Positions 37,505-48,378 of a stretch of 64,000 nt of DNA are shown piece by piece. The notes beneath the pieces were generated by a model. It made no database searches and had not been told where the DNA came from. It saw only the letters and a list, made by a program, of their open reading frames with translations. Source of the DNA: Marinicella sp. (GTDB taxonomy: Bacteria > Pseudomonadota > Gammaproteobacteria > Xanthomonadales > Marinicellaceae); the NCBI GenBank assembly GCA_965230295.1, contig OZ246001.1, forward strand, positions 2,848,001-2,912,000, given 5' to 3'. How positions within the stretch are numbered: position 1 is the stretch's first letter; each line of letters starts with the position of its first letter. The position numbers and the translations under genes are program-made.

Positions 37505-37983
37505 AGGCCTTTTTCCCAGAACATGGCGGCACCATTGCTGTCATCCAGCTTGTATTGGTTGAAACCATATTTTTCATAAGCGGATTGAGCGATGGAGTTG
37601 CCTTCCAAGACCTCAAGGGTCAGTTTGCAACAGCCTTTGTCTTTGGCGAGCTGTTCCACCTCATCAAACATTTTTCGACTGATGCCCATACGGCGGTACT
37701 CACTGGCCACCACCACATCATGGATGTTCACCAATGGTTTGCAGGCAAATGTAGAAAACCCTTCAAAGCAATTGGTGAGGCCAGCTGGTTGGCCATCCAC
37801 ATAAGCAATTAAGCTGAATGCATCGGTACGCTTGGCCAACTCCGGGACCAAGTTTTGTGCAGTGAAATCACTCAAGGCCACACCACCGCCCATCGGGTCG
37901 GTGGCATAGCAATCTAACAACTCAATCATGTGTAAAGCATGTTGTGGGTTGTCGTAATCAACTTGAACGATTTCAATACCCAT
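37501..37983 (-). CDS. GNAT-family N-acetyltransferase
   Basis: NIHDVVV, YRRMGIS, KLTLEVLEGN, YEKYGF. Confidence 0.9.
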   Translation of the reverse strand: MGIEIVQVDYDNPQHALHMIELLDCYATDPMGGGVALSDFTAQNLVPELAKRTDAFSLIAYVDGQPAGLTNCFEGFSTFACKPLVNIHDVVVASEYRRMGISRKMFDEVEQLAKDKGCCKLTLEVLEGNSIAQSAYEKYGFNQYKLDDSNGAAMFWEKGL

Positions 37984-37986
37984 TGA

Positions 37987-38763
37987 TCAGTCGTTTTGGA
38001 ACCTGGCCAACAAACGCAACAGCTCGATATACAACCAAACGATGGTAACCATCAAGCCGAAAGCACCATACCATTCCATAAATTTAGGTGTGTTTTGCTC
38101 TGAAGCCCGTTCAATGAAGTCAAAATCTAAAACCAAACTCAACGCAGCAACACCAACAATCACCAGGTTTAAACCGATGTTGAACAGGCTGTTGTTGCCG
38201 ATTTCAAAATAACTTGGGGCGGCGCCAAAGAAATGAGCAATGAAGCTCACCAAGTAAAACAAGCCGATGCCCATAATGGCAAAAGCCATGATTTTTTTGA
38301 ATGTGCCGGTCACTTTGATGATGCCAGTGCGGTAGCAAAATAACATGGAAAACATCACAGCTGCTGTCAATCCCAAAGCTTGTATGACTAAACCTGGGTA
38401 AACAGATTCAAATACAGCTGAAATGGCACCAACAAATAATCCTTCGAAGACTGCTACAATGGGTGCTCCAATGGGTGCTGTGGTGGGTTTAAAAGAAACC
38501 ACCAGACTGGCAACCAAGGCACCAATAATTCCTGTTATAACCAGCCCATAGCCCAAACCTGGGTTGGTCAGGATGGTGTTCCAGGAAAAGGCACCCACTG
38601 CCACCACGATCATCAGCAAAATACCGGTTTTATTAACCGTGCCATTGATCGTCATGCGTTGGTTGTCGTCGACTATCAGTTCATCCACTGGTCCAAGACT
38701 CAGGGATTGTTGTTCCATTTTAGCCATCGCCGGGTTCGATGATTTCATTCCATTTAAGTTCAT
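37987..38763 (-). CDS. Bax inhibitor-1/YccA-family membrane protein
   Basis: SSNP, MTINGTVNKT, ~7 TM, LDFDFIE, EWYGAFGLMVTIVWLYIELLRLL. Confidence 0.88.
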   Translation of the reverse strand: MNLNGMKSSNPAMAKMEQQSLSLGPVDELIVDDNQRMTINGTVNKTGILLMIVVAVGAFSWNTILTNPGLGYGLVITGIIGALVASLVVSFKPTTAPIGAPIVAVFEGLFVGAISAVFESVYPGLVIQALGLTAAVMFSMLFCYRTGIIKVTGTFKKIMAFAIMGIGLFYLVSFIAHFFGAAPSYFEIGNNSLFNIGLNLVIVGVAALSLVLDFDFIERASEQNTPKFMEWYGAFGLMVTIVWLYIELLRLLARFQND

Positions 38764-38941
38764 AGGTCATACCTCATTAATTAATTTTAGGGTTAAATCA
38801 TTATAGCAATGATTCATTCATGCGCTCAAGTCATTATATGGGTGCCATTCGTCACGAATCAATCATTACTGGCTGCATTTTCTTGCTTCATCTGTAACTC
38901 TTTGGCCTTTCTTGCGTTTATCGGGTAACAGCTTTGTTACA

Positions 38942-40039
38942 TCACGACCTTTGATTCATATATGACTTGGCTTGGGTCATGATGTTAACAAAAGCAGCTT
39001 GGTTGTCCTGATGAATCATCTGTATGATTCTTTGCACCGCATCTGACAGGGCATTGAGTGTGGTTGGACTGTAGTGATTGAGTTTTTGAATCTCGTAATA
39101 CAGGTTTGGATTCTCATTGGAGACACTGCTGGCAATACCCAACTGGGCATCGAATGTGGTGCTGGAAAGTTTGGACAGTGCATCAGCAGCTTCACCAGAT
39201 TCAGACAGCACTGTCATAAAGGCGATGTTGATCACGTGTGATAAACCAAGTACATAAGCAATGAGGCGGTCATGATCTTCGAATTTCATGTCGATCCGTT
39301 CTGCCATGGTCGGTTGAAACAGTTGTTTGACCTGATTGACCGCTTCTTCATTGCCCATATCGATAAAAATCACATGTTTACCTGACATCAACTGAATGTC
39401 TGGGCCAAACATGGGGTGAATCGACACCACTTTACAGCCAGAGTCAGCCAATTGCCGCAAAGGTAAGCGCAACGGGCTTTTGATGGAACTGATGTCCAAA
39501 ACAATGCCAGATGGTTTTAAATGGCATAATTGTTGAATGATCTCTGCACTTTTTTGAATCGGGGTGGCAATGATGACATAGTCATGGTCCAAATCTATTG
39601 AGGTGTAATCAGCAACAAAATTTTGTTGGTTACTCAACGGTTCCAGGTCGCTGATATAAACATCAAAGTTTTGTGAGGTCAGAAAGTGGGCAAACCATTG
39701 TCCCATTTTGCCATTACCACCAATGATCAATGCTGATTTGTTGGAGCCATAATTGGATTCTTTCACTTTCTGAATTTCTTGTTTACTCAGTGATGTTTCT
39801 ATCACCAGCTCAAAGATACGTTGTGCGATTTCAGGATCCAAGCCTTGGTCCCTGGCATGATTTTTAATCTTATTAATGACCTGTTTTTCCCGTTGATAGT
39901 CCCTGGTGGGTGAATTTGTGCTCAACTTCACGTTTCCGATTTGTTCAACATTAAACTGACGTTCAGCTATCAACGATATAATTTGTCCATCGATTTCATC
40001 TAATTTTCTGCGTAATTGGTCAAGTTTTTTATTATCCAT
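38942..40039 (-). CDS. tyrA: Bifunctional chorismate mutase / prephenate dehydrogenase
   Basis: AroQ LRRKLDEID...RDYQRE; GGNGKMG; DISSIK; HPMFGP; HDRLIAYVLGLSH. Confidence 0.88.
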   Translation of the reverse strand: MDNKKLDQLRRKLDEIDGQIISLIAERQFNVEQIGNVKLSTNSPTRDYQREKQVINKIKNHARDQGLDPEIAQRIFELVIETSLSKQEIQKVKESNYGSNKSALIIGGNGKMGQWFAHFLTSQNFDVYISDLEPLSNQQNFVADYTSIDLDHDYVIIATPIQKSAEIIQQLCHLKPSGIVLDISSIKSPLRLPLRQLADSGCKVVSIHPMFGPDIQLMSGKHVIFIDMGNEEAVNQVKQLFQPTMAERIDMKFEDHDRLIAYVLGLSHVINIAFMTVLSESGEAADALSKLSSTTFDAQLGIASSVSNENPNLYYEIQKLNHYSPTTLNALSDAVQRIIQMIHQDNQAAFVNIMTQAKSYMNQRS

Positions 40040-40119
40040 GATTGATTGTCAGCAAAAATAGGAGTAGATTGTTACAGTATATGAATTATTTATCAAATGT
40101 TTTATCTGGGAGAAGAGAT

Positions 40120-40821
40120 ATGAAAAAATTATTATTAATTATTGCGGCCGTGATGGTGTCAGGCTCTGGAATAGCCAAAGACCGTGCTGTTGTTGCAGTG
40201 TTGGATTTCACCAACGAAACCCGTGCCCATTGGTGGCAGACCGATGTGGGTCGTGAGCTCGGTGGCATGTTGGCCAATGAATTGGTTTCAACTGGTGCTT
40301 TCAAAGTGGTCGAAAGACAAAAATTAAACAGTGTGTTGAGCGAACAAGATCTGGGAGCCTCAGGGCGGGTATCAAAGTCTTCAGCTGCCAAAATGGGTAA
40401 GGTTACCGGTGCACAGTACTTGATCACTGGTAATGTGGCAGCCTATGAAGAAAACACTTCTGGTGGCGGTGGTGGTATCAGCATCAAAGGTATTTCATTG
40501 GGCGGCAAGCGCAACAAGGCTTATTTGGCCATTGATTTACGCGTCGTTAACGCAACCACTGGTGAAGTTGAGTATGTCAGAACCGTTGAAGGCCATTCAA
40601 AAGGTGGTGGTATGAGCGTGGGATTCCACCGTGGTGGTTTTGGTGGTTCTTTAGGCGGCCATAAAAAGACCCCTGCGGGTAAAGCCATTCGTGCCGCTTT
40701 GATTGAAGCCACAGATTACCTGGCTTGTGTGATGTATGACCAAGACAGTTGTATGAAAGAGTACCGTGACAAAGAAAGAAATCGTCGCAAGAAATCTAAA
40801 TCTTCGTTGTCACTTGATTGA
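40120..40821 (+). CDS. CsgG/HfaB-family protein
   Basis: VAVLDF, FKVVERQKL, GAQYLITG, IDLRVVNATTGEV; Sec signal peptide. Confidence 0.8.
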   Translation: MKKLLLIIAAVMVSGSGIAKDRAVVAVLDFTNETRAHWWQTDVGRELGGMLANELVSTGAFKVVERQKLNSVLSEQDLGASGRVSKSSAAKMGKVTGAQYLITGNVAAYEENTSGGGGGISIKGISLGGKRNKAYLAIDLRVVNATTGEVEYVRTVEGHSKGGGMSVGFHRGGFGGSLGGHKKTPAGKAIRAALIEATDYLACVMYDQDSCMKEYRDKERNRRKKSKSSLSLD

Positions 40822-40840
40822 TCAGCTGATTGAGTCAAAT

Positions 40841-40871
40841 AAAAAAGACCGATTGAATCGGTCTTTTTTTT
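40841..40871. terminator. Bidirectional terminator
   Basis: aaaaaagaccgatt-g-aatcggtctttttt. Confidence 0.8.
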
Positions 40872-40888
40872 GGTCAAAATTTTATTAT

Positions 40889-41407
40889 TTAGGGAGTCGT
40901 TGGCGGCAAGATCACAGTATCAATCACGTGAATGACACCATTTGAAGTGCCAATGTCAGTGGTCACAACATTGCTGTTACCATTCAATACCACACCACCG
41001 TCTTTGACCATGATGTCTACGTTGGAACCTTGAACCGTTGTGGCTTCAGTTAAATTGACCACATCTTTGGCTTTCACTTTGCCTGATACCACGTGATAAG
41101 TCAGGATGGCAGCCAATTGATCTTTGTTCTCAGGTTTCAATAAGTTTTCGATGGTGCCAGCTGGTAACTTGGCGAAAGCCTCATCAGTTGGGGCGAAAAC
41201 AGTGAACGGGCCATCACCCTTTAATGTATCAACCAAACCAGCGGCTTTTACAGCTGCCACCAAGGTATTGAATGAGCCGGCAGATACCGCGGTATCAACA
41301 ATGTCTTTGCTCTTTTTCTTGTAGCTACCACCGGCGATGGCACTCATGGTGAAAATGGCCATCATGGCGATGGTTAATAGTTTTGAAGTTTTGGTCATAA
41401 TATTCAT
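40889..41407 (-). CDS. Fasciclin (FAS1) domain protein
   Basis: [30 protein letters not shown]. Confidence 0.95.
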   Translation of the reverse strand: MNIMTKTSKLLTIAMMAIFTMSAIAGGSYKKKSKDIVDTAVSAGSFNTLVAAVKAAGLVDTLKGDGPFTVFAPTDEAFAKLPAGTIENLLKPENKDQLAAILTYHVVSGKVKAKDVVNLTEATTVQGSNVDIMVKDGGVVLNGNSNVVTTDIGTSNGVIHVIDTVILPPTTP

Positions 41408-41580
41408 TTTTATTTCTCTTATAGTTAGGTAAAAAGTCTTTACATCCGATTTTAATTAAATCGTGCTGTACATATTAAAACCGCGTTTGTCGATGATCTG
41501 TGAGGAATGGAGTGGAATCAGTTCACGCTGAATTCACAGGAAGCAGATAGATTAAATACCCTTGTTAAATTCAGGCTGTA

Positions 41581-42129
41581 TTGCTTATGATTGGATTATT
41601 ACTGACTGTTTTCATCAGCAGTCACCATGACAACATGAATACTTTTAACTTCAACCAGCTTAAACAGGATCAGTACATGATTCTCAATGATGGGGTGATG
41701 GGCGGTCGATCTCAAAGCCAATTGATCAAAGACGAAGGGGCAGCTAACTTCAGCGGTACCGTTTCATTGGAAAACAATGGTGGATTCGCCTCAGTCAGAA
41801 TGATTTGGCCATTTATTTCTGATGATCAAGCAACATCAGCAACAGTGTTGAGCTTAAAAGTCAAAGGTGATGGCTTGCGCTATCAGTTCAGGCTGCGCAC
41901 CAACCGTGGTTTTGACGGTGCCGCCTACAGTTATGCTTTTGATACCGTCAAAGACCAAGAGCAAACGGTCTATATTCCAGTGGATCAATTTGTGCCCACT
42001 TTCAGAGGGCGGGTTCTGAGAGACATGCCTCAATTACGTTTTGCTGATGTTCAGCAAATGGGGGTTTTGATTTCAGACAAGCAAGTGGGTGGGTTTTCTA
42101 TAGAGTTGTACCAAGTCTCATTGGATTGA
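41581..42129 (+). CDS. CIA30-family protein
   Basis: NDGVMGGRS, SLENNGGFASVR, GDG, PTFRGR, ISDKQ. Confidence 0.9.
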   Translation: MLMIGLLLTVFISSHHDNMNTFNFNQLKQDQYMILNDGVMGGRSQSQLIKDEGAANFSGTVSLENNGGFASVRMIWPFISDDQATSATVLSLKVKGDGLRYQFRLRTNRGFDGAAYSYAFDTVKDQEQTVYIPVDQFVPTFRGRVLRDMPQLRFADVQQMGVLISDKQVGGFSIELYQVSLD

Positions 42130-42150
42130 GGTTGTCACCAAGTCCCCATT

Positions 42151-42179
42151 AAAAAAGGCCACAACATGTGGCCTTTTTT
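42151..42179. terminator. Bidirectional terminator
   Basis: aaaaaaggccaca-aca-tgtggcctttttt. Confidence 0.8.
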
Positions 42180-42194
42180 ACGAGATTATATAGT

Positions 42195-42836
42195 CAAGTA
42201 CGATTCCTTAATGGCTTTCGGTTGGTCGCACAGCGATCAGAGAAAACTCATTTAAGCCATCACGTGCAGCCGGTTTTGTTGTGTAGCAACAAAGAAGTCA
42301 AGTACGATTCCTTAATGGCTTTCGGTTGGTCGCACAGCGATCAGAGAAAACTCATTTAAGCCATCACGTGCAGCCGGTTTTGTTGTGTAGCAACAAAGAA
42401 GGCAAGTACGATTCCTCAATGGCTTTCGGTTGGTCGCACAGCGATCAGAGAAAACTCATTTAAGCCATCACGTGCAGCCGGTTTTGTTGTGTAGCAACAA
42501 AGAAGGCAAGTACGATTCCTTAATGGCTTTCGGTTGGTCGCACAGCGATCAGAGAAAACTCATTTAAGCCATCACGTGCAGCCGGTTTTGTTGTGTAGCA
42601 ACAAAGAAGGCAAGTACGATTCCTTAATGGCTTTCGGTTGGTCGCACAGCGATCAGAGAAAACTTATTTAAGCCATCACGTGCAGCCGGTTTTGTTGTGT
42701 AGCAACAAAGAAGGCAAGTACGATTCCTTAATGGCTTTCGGTTGGTCGCACAGCGATCAGAGAAAACTTATTTAAGCCATCACGTGCAGCCGGTTTTGTT
42801 GTGTAGCAACAAAGAAGGCAAGTACGATTCCTTAAT
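42195..42836. repeat. Tandem array of six 104-bp units plus an 18-bp partial unit
   Basis: Units start at 42195, 42299, 42403, 42507, 42611, 42715, 42819; only single-base variants; last partial unit overlaps the lpdA stop. Confidence 0.97.
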
Positions 42837-44253
42837 TGGCTTTATGGATCGCCCGTTTGTCGACATTCATGGCGGCTTCAAACACGGCTTCAGACAAGGT
42901 TGGGTGCGCATGCACAATGCGTGCCAAGTCTTCGGCACAGCCTTTGAACTCCATGGCAACCACACACTCTGACAACAGATCAGCCGCATTGGCCGCATAA
43001 ATGTGTGCGCCCAAAAGCTCATCAGTTTCCTTATCTGCGATTAATTTGACCATTCCTGTGGGTTCATTCATGGCCAAGGCACGGCCATTGGCCGCAAACG
43101 GGAATGTGCCTACTTTGTATTCAACGCCGGCTTCTTTCAACTGCTCTTCGGTTTTACCCACCCAAGCAATTTCCGGTTCGGTATAAATCACCCAAGGGAT
43201 GGTGTTGAAGTCAATGTGTCCATGTTGGCCAGCAATGGTCTCAACCACAGCTGATGCCTCTTCAGAACCTTTGTGTGCCAGCATGGGACCACGAACGGCA
43301 TCACCCACTGCCCATACATTGGGCACCGAGGTGCGGCAATCGTCATCGACATCAATTTGTCCACGCTCAGTCAGTTGCACACCACAGTCTTCACTGAGTA
43401 GGCCAGAGGTTTCGGCTTTTCTGCCCACAGCAACCAATAATTTATCGTAAACAGCGGCGGTTTGTTCGCCTTTCTTTTCATACACCACTTCCACTTTGCC
43501 GTCTTTAACAGTGGCCGATTTAACAAAGGTCGATAAGTGGATATCCAAACCTTGTTTTTTGAATTCACGGGCGGCCATCTTTGCAATGGTCTGGTCACAA
43601 GCCGCCAGGAAGGTATCCATGGCTTCAAACACGGTCACTTCAGAACCCAAACGATTCCAAACACTGCCCAATTCCAAGCCGATCACTCCGGCGCCGATAA
43701 CGCCCAGTTTGGCTGGCACTTGATCCACATCCAAGCCACCTGCATTATCTAAAATGTACTCGTTGTCCACTTCAACATTCGGTATGTTGATGGGTACCGA
43801 GCCACTGGCCAGGATGATGTGTTCGCCTTGAACGATTTCCGTTCCATCTTCGTTGGTGATTTCAACATGACGGTCTTTCAACAATTTGCCGCTGCCGGCT
43901 TTGTAGTTGACTTTATTGGCTTTGAACAACTGAGCGATACCACCGGTCAGTTGTTTAACAATTTTGTCTTTGCGACCAATCATGGTGGGAACGTCAATGG
44001 CGGCATTTTCAAATGAAATACCATGAACGTCATAATGTTTGGTCATTTGCTCGTAATGCTTTGAAGAATCAAGCAAAGCTTTGGATGGGATACAGCCTAC
44101 ATTCAGGCAAGTACCACCCAAAGAGTATTTACCGTCTTTGCCTTTGAACCGGTCAATACACAAAGTGTTGAAACCCATTTGTGCTGCACGAATGGCTGCC
44201 ACGTAGCCCGCTGGGCCGCCGCCAATCACTACCACATCATATTTTTCTGTCAT
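42832..44253 (-). CDS. lpdA: Dihydrolipoamide dehydrogenase
   Basis: GGGPAG, GGTCLNVGCIPSK, HAHPTLSE. Confidence 0.97.
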   Translation of the reverse strand: MTEKYDVVVIGGGPAGYVAAIRAAQMGFNTLCIDRFKGKDGKYSLGGTCLNVGCIPSKALLDSSKHYEQMTKHYDVHGISFENAAIDVPTMIGRKDKIVKQLTGGIAQLFKANKVNYKAGSGKLLKDRHVEITNEDGTEIVQGEHIILASGSVPINIPNVEVDNEYILDNAGGLDVDQVPAKLGVIGAGVIGLELGSVWNRLGSEVTVFEAMDTFLAACDQTIAKMAAREFKKQGLDIHLSTFVKSATVKDGKVEVVYEKKGEQTAAVYDKLLVAVGRKAETSGLLSEDCGVQLTERGQIDVDDDCRTSVPNVWAVGDAVRGPMLAHKGSEEASAVVETIAGQHGHIDFNTIPWVIYTEPEIAWVGKTEEQLKEAGVEYKVGTFPFAANGRALAMNEPTGMVKLIADKETDELLGAHIYAANAADLLSECVVAMEFKGCAEDLARIVHAHPTLSEAVFEAAMNVDKRAIHKAN

Positions 44254-44264
44254 TTCATGTCTCC

Positions 44265-45434
44265 TTACAGGTTCAACAGCATGCGAGCTGGGTCTTCTAA
44301 CATTTCTTTGACTGCCACCAAGAACAACACAGCGTCTTTACCATCAATGATTCTGTGGTCATACGTCAAAGCCAGGTACATCATCGGTCGCACCACAATT
44401 TCACCATTAACCACCACGGGTCTTTCCTTGATGGTGTGCATGCCCAAAATGGCACTTTGTGGCATGTTCAAAATGGGTGTAGACATCAATGAACCGAAGG
44501 TGCCACCGTTGGTGATGGTGAAGGTGCCGCCGGTTAAATCATCCATGGTCAGTTTGCCAGCATTACCAGCCACTGCAAAGTCGCGGATGGTGGCATCAAT
44601 GTCAGCCAAGCCCATGGCATTGGTGTTTTTCAACACAGGGACCACCAAGCCACGTTCTGTGGCCACAGCAATACCGATGTTTTGTTGTTTGTGGTAAACC
44701 ACATCAGTGCCTTCAACGGAAGCATTGATGACAGGGAATTGTTTCAAAGCTTCAGTGGCTGCCTTGACGAAGAAGCTCATCAAGCCCAATTTGATGCCGT
44801 GCTTTTGAATGAATTCTTCTTTGTATTTGCGGCGGATGTCCATCACCGCTTTCAAATCAACTTCGTTGAATGAAGTCAACATGGCTGCAGTTGATTGGGC
44901 TTCGACCATGCGGTCTGCAATTTTCTGGCGCAAACGGCTCATGGGCACACGTTCTTCCATTGGTGTGTTGGCCACGGTTTGTACATCTGGTTTGGTGATT
45001 CGACCACCGCGACCAGAGCCACTGACTTGTGAGGCATCGATGTTATTCTCATGCATCATTTTGCGTGCTGCAGGACCGGCCGAACCGGTGTCAATCGCTG
45101 GTGCTGGATCGTTGGATGGCGCAGCAGCTGCAGGAGCAGCCGGTGCAGAACTGGCTTTCGGTGCCACAGATTCTTCCACTTTCTCAGCTGGAATTTCTCC
45201 TTCCTTAACCACGCCCAAGACTTGGTTGGCCTCAACCACATCGCCCGATTCAACGGCGATTGATTCCAACACGCCATCGGCTGGAGCTGGCACTTCAAGC
45301 ACCACTTTATCGGTTTCTAAATCAACCAGATTTTCATCGCGTTTGACGAAATCACCCGGTTTTTTATACCATGTGGCGACTGTCGCATCGGTGACTGATT
45401 CTGGTAAAACGGGCACTTTTACATCAATGCTCAT
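44265..45434 (-). CDS. sucB: 2-oxoglutarate dehydrogenase E2 (dihydrolipoyl succinyltransferase)
   Basis: Lipoyl [23 protein letters not shown]. Confidence 0.97.
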   Translation of the reverse strand: MSIDVKVPVLPESVTDATVATWYKKPGDFVKRDENLVDLETDKVVLEVPAPADGVLESIAVESGDVVEANQVLGVVKEGEIPAEKVEESVAPKASSAPAAPAAAAPSNDPAPAIDTGSAGPAARKMMHENNIDASQVSGSGRGGRITKPDVQTVANTPMEERVPMSRLRQKIADRMVEAQSTAAMLTSFNEVDLKAVMDIRRKYKEEFIQKHGIKLGLMSFFVKAATEALKQFPVINASVEGTDVVYHKQQNIGIAVATERGLVVPVLKNTNAMGLADIDATIRDFAVAGNAGKLTMDDLTGGTFTITNGGTFGSLMSTPILNMPQSAILGMHTIKERPVVVNGEIVVRPMMYLALTYDHRIIDGKDAVLFLVAVKEMLEDPARMLLNL

Positions 45435-45441
45435 ACTTATA

Positions 45442-48273
45442 TTACTCCGCGTCTATGGCCGATCCATGTTCCCCATGAATGGCATCTTTAACTAATAGTT
45501 GTTGTTCTCTGTTGTGTACTTTCAATGCGCCCACTGCAGGAGAGGGTGATCCTTTTCTGCCCGCGTAATACAGCGGAAAGCGATCGGCAATACAATGTTG
45601 TAAGTGGTGTCTGATTTGGAACCAGGCCCCTTGGTTGATGGGCTCTTCCTGACACCAAATCACTTCTTTGGCATTGGGATAGCTGTCTAATTGTTTGGTT
45701 AACTCCTTTCTTGGGAACGGGTACAGTTGTTCAACCCGTGCCAAAGCGATGGTCTTGTTGTCTTCATCGGTCAATTGTTCCAACAAGTCATAATAGACTT
45801 TGCCTGAGCAAAAAATAATGCGTTTAACATCTTTGGCTTTCACTCTGCGGTCTGGAATAACGGTCTGGAACTGGCCTTCGGTCAATTGTTCTTTGGTCGA
45901 AGTGGCCAATTTATGTCGCAATAAACTTTTGGGTGTCATCACAATCAATGGCTTGCGCGCTTTGCGCAACATCTGACGCCTGATCATGTGGAAGGTTTGA
46001 GCAGGTGTGGATGGCATACACACTTGCATATTGTTCACTGCACACAACTGTAAGAACCGTTCCAATCTGGCTGATGAATGTTCGGGGCCTTGGCCTTCAA
46101 AGCCATGTGGTAAGAACATCACCAGACCACTCAACCGACCCCATTTGGCTTCTCCGGATGAGATGAACTGATCTATCACCACTTGGGCACCATTGACGAA
46201 ATCGCCAAATTGACCTTCCCATATCACCAAAGCGGTTGGTTCGGTGGTGGCATAGCCATATTCAAATCCCAGGACGGCTTCTTCTGAAAGCACTGAGTTG
46301 ATGATGTCAATTTTGTTTTTATCTGATTCCAGTTGACTCAATGGCGTGTAGTTTTCGTTCATGTCCACATTGTGAATCACCGCATGACGATGGAAAAAAG
46401 TACCGCGCTGTGAGTCTTGGCCATCCAACCGGATCTGGAACCCTTCATCCAAGATGCTGGCATATGCCATGGTTTCAGCCATGCCCCAGTCCATTGGAAT
46501 TTCTCCATTGAGCATTTTGATGCGATCTTGGTTGATTTTATTGACCCTGGGGTGTGGTTTTAAGTCGCCGGGCAGGGTGGTGATCACTTCGCCATATTTT
46601 TTAAAATTTTCCGCGGTGATGGTGGTATCCACCTGTTCAGTCAATTCGCCCTTGATGTAAGGTGACCAATCAACCGCAAATTTATCGTTGTTGTGAGTGG
46701 GGCCAAATTCGACGATGTCCTCTTTGTTGTCCAGGCGATCGCGGTAACGATCAACCATGTCACGAATTTGATTGGTATCAACCAGACCGGCTCTTTGTAA
46801 TTTGTCGGCATAAATTTCACGCGGAGATTGATGTGCCTTGATCAATTTATACATGTGTGGTTGGGTTGCCGAAGGTTCATCGGCTTCATTGTGCCCGTGT
46901 TTGCGGTAACAAACCAAGTCGATCACCACATCCATTCCAAAGGTTTGGCGGTAATCTGCAGCCACTTGCGTGGCGAACACCACCGCTTCCGGGTCATCGC
47001 CATTGACGTGGAAAATGGGTGCTTGCACCATTTTGGCGATCTCGGTGCAGTAAAGGCCCGCTTTTTTGTCCAAAGCATGGGTGGTGGTGAAACCAATCTG
47101 GTTGTTAACCACAACATGAATGGTACCACCCACATCGTAGCCTTCAACCATAGACATGTTGAACAATTCCATGTTCACACCTTGTCCTTCGAAGGCCGCG
47201 TCACCATGAATCAAAACCGGAACAACCACATTCTTGCCTTCGTCTTTGCGTCGCACTTGACGGGCGCGTACCGAGCCTAAGACCACTGGGTTGATGATTT
47301 CCAAATGAGATGGGTTGAATGCCATGGCCAAATGCACATCACCACCGGGTGTGGGCACATCTGAGGAATAACCTTTGTGGTACTTGACATCACCTGAATT
47401 GACATTGTCTAACTCGTCGGCTTTGACCCCATCAAACTCATCAAACAATTCAGCGGGTGATTTACCCAAGATGTTGACCAACATGTTGAGCCGGCCTCGG
47501 TGGGCCATACCAATCACCAACTCTTTGGTTTTTTGAGCGCCCAAATGCTGGATCAAAAAGGCCATTTGTGGAATCAAGGCATCGCCGCCTTCCAAAGAGA
47601 AACGTTTCTGGCCAACATATTTGGTGTGTAAATAGCGCTCCATGCCTTCTGCTTTGGTCAGGCATGACAACATGTGTAATTTATCTTCCTCGTTGAAAGG
47701 GAAGGCGCCCCCTTGTTTTTCCAGGCGTTGTTGTAACCATTCACGTTTGTTGATGTCCGTGATGTGCATGTACTCGGCACCAATGTGCTGACAGTAAATG
47801 TTTTCTAACAGATCAATGATGTCCTTCAGCTTCATTTGCTCAGGGGCCACCAGTGATCCGGTGTTGAATTCTGTGTTTAAATCGGCTTCATGTAAATCAT
47901 GAAATGCCAGGGTCAAATCCGGGGTGTCTGGACGTTTTGAATATTTGATCGGATCCAGGTCGGCTTTTTGATGACCACGCAAGCGGTAAGAATTGATTAA
48001 GCGCAACACATCTGCTTGTTTTTGGGCATGGGCCGCATCTCCTGATACCATGCCAGCACCTGCGGGCAGTCGACCGGCCTGTTCGAACCTTTCGATGATT
48101 GGCAAGTGACGCACATCGGGTTCAGCCTGGTCGAACTGTTTGAACAAGGCTTGAAGTTCAGGCGTGACTGAGTTTGGGTCCTCTAAGTAGAGGTCGTAAT
48201 ATTGTTCCAACCAGCTCGAATTGCTGCCAAAAAAAGCAGCCGATTGTTGTTTTTCTTTAATCCAGCTTCCCAA
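45442..48273 (-). CDS. sucA: 2-oxoglutarate dehydrogenase E1
   Basis: [43 protein letters not shown]; TTG start. Confidence 0.97.
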   Translation of the reverse strand: MGSWIKEKQQSAAFFGSNSSWLEQYYDLYLEDPNSVTPELQALFKQFDQAEPDVRHLPIIERFEQAGRLPAGAGMVSGDAAHAQKQADVLRLINSYRLRGHQKADLDPIKYSKRPDTPDLTLAFHDLHEADLNTEFNTGSLVAPEQMKLKDIIDLLENIYCQHIGAEYMHITDINKREWLQQRLEKQGGAFPFNEEDKLHMLSCLTKAEGMERYLHTKYVGQKRFSLEGGDALIPQMAFLIQHLGAQKTKELVIGMAHRGRLNMLVNILGKSPAELFDEFDGVKADELDNVNSGDVKYHKGYSSDVPTPGGDVHLAMAFNPSHLEIINPVVLGSVRARQVRRKDEGKNVVVPVLIHGDAAFEGQGVNMELFNMSMVEGYDVGGTIHVVVNNQIGFTTTHALDKKAGLYCTEIAKMVQAPIFHVNGDDPEAVVFATQVAADYRQTFGMDVVIDLVCYRKHGHNEADEPSATQPHMYKLIKAHQSPREIYADKLQRAGLVDTNQIRDMVDRYRDRLDNKEDIVEFGPTHNNDKFAVDWSPYIKGELTEQVDTTITAENFKKYGEVITTLPGDLKPHPRVNKINQDRIKMLNGEIPMDWGMAETMAYASILDEGFQIRLDGQDSQRGTFFHRHAVIHNVDMNENYTPLSQLESDKNKIDIINSVLSEEAVLGFEYGYATTEPTALVIWEGQFGDFVNGAQVVIDQFISSGEAKWGRLSGLVMFLPHGFEGQGPEHSSARLERFLQLCAVNNMQVCMPSTPAQTFHMIRRQMLRKARKPLIVMTPKSLLRHKLATSTKEQLTEGQFQTVIPDRRVKAKDVKRIIFCSGKVYYDLLEQLTDEDNKTIALARVEQLYPFPRKELTKQLDSYPNAKEVIWCQEEPINQGAWFQIRHHLQHCIADRFPLYYAGRKGSPSPAVGALKVHNREQQLLVKDAIHGEHGSAIDAE

Positions 48274-48314
48274 GGGGTGTCTCTGTGTCAGTCAATGAAA
48301 ACGCGTATTATAAA

Positions 48315-48378
48315 GGAATGTTCTTGGGACTTCATTCACTTTTGGTACACAAAAGTGAAAGCGGCCGCTTCGAACATG
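48315..48378. repeat. Short fragment (copy C) of the dispersed modular repeat in the sucA promoter region
   Basis: ggaatgttcttgggacttcattc and acaaaagtgaaagcggcc shared with copies A and B. Confidence 0.7.

Noticed and set aside
42195-42836. CRISPR array
   Set aside because: Whole 104-bp units are near-identical, with no unique spacers and no cas genes in the window
42195-42836. Type III toxin-antitoxin RNA array or repeat-encoded peptides (ORFs 42168-42359, 42742-42972)
   Set aside because: No adjacent ToxN/CptN/TenpN-like ORF (neighbours are lpdA and CIA30); unit length is not a multiple of 3 and the ORFs are chance read-throughs of the repeat
44809-45495. Long antisense ORFs (228 aa here, 247 aa at 60293-61036, and many shorter ones)
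   Set aside because: Shadows of well-supported genes (sucB, ExeM-like nuclease) on the opposite strand
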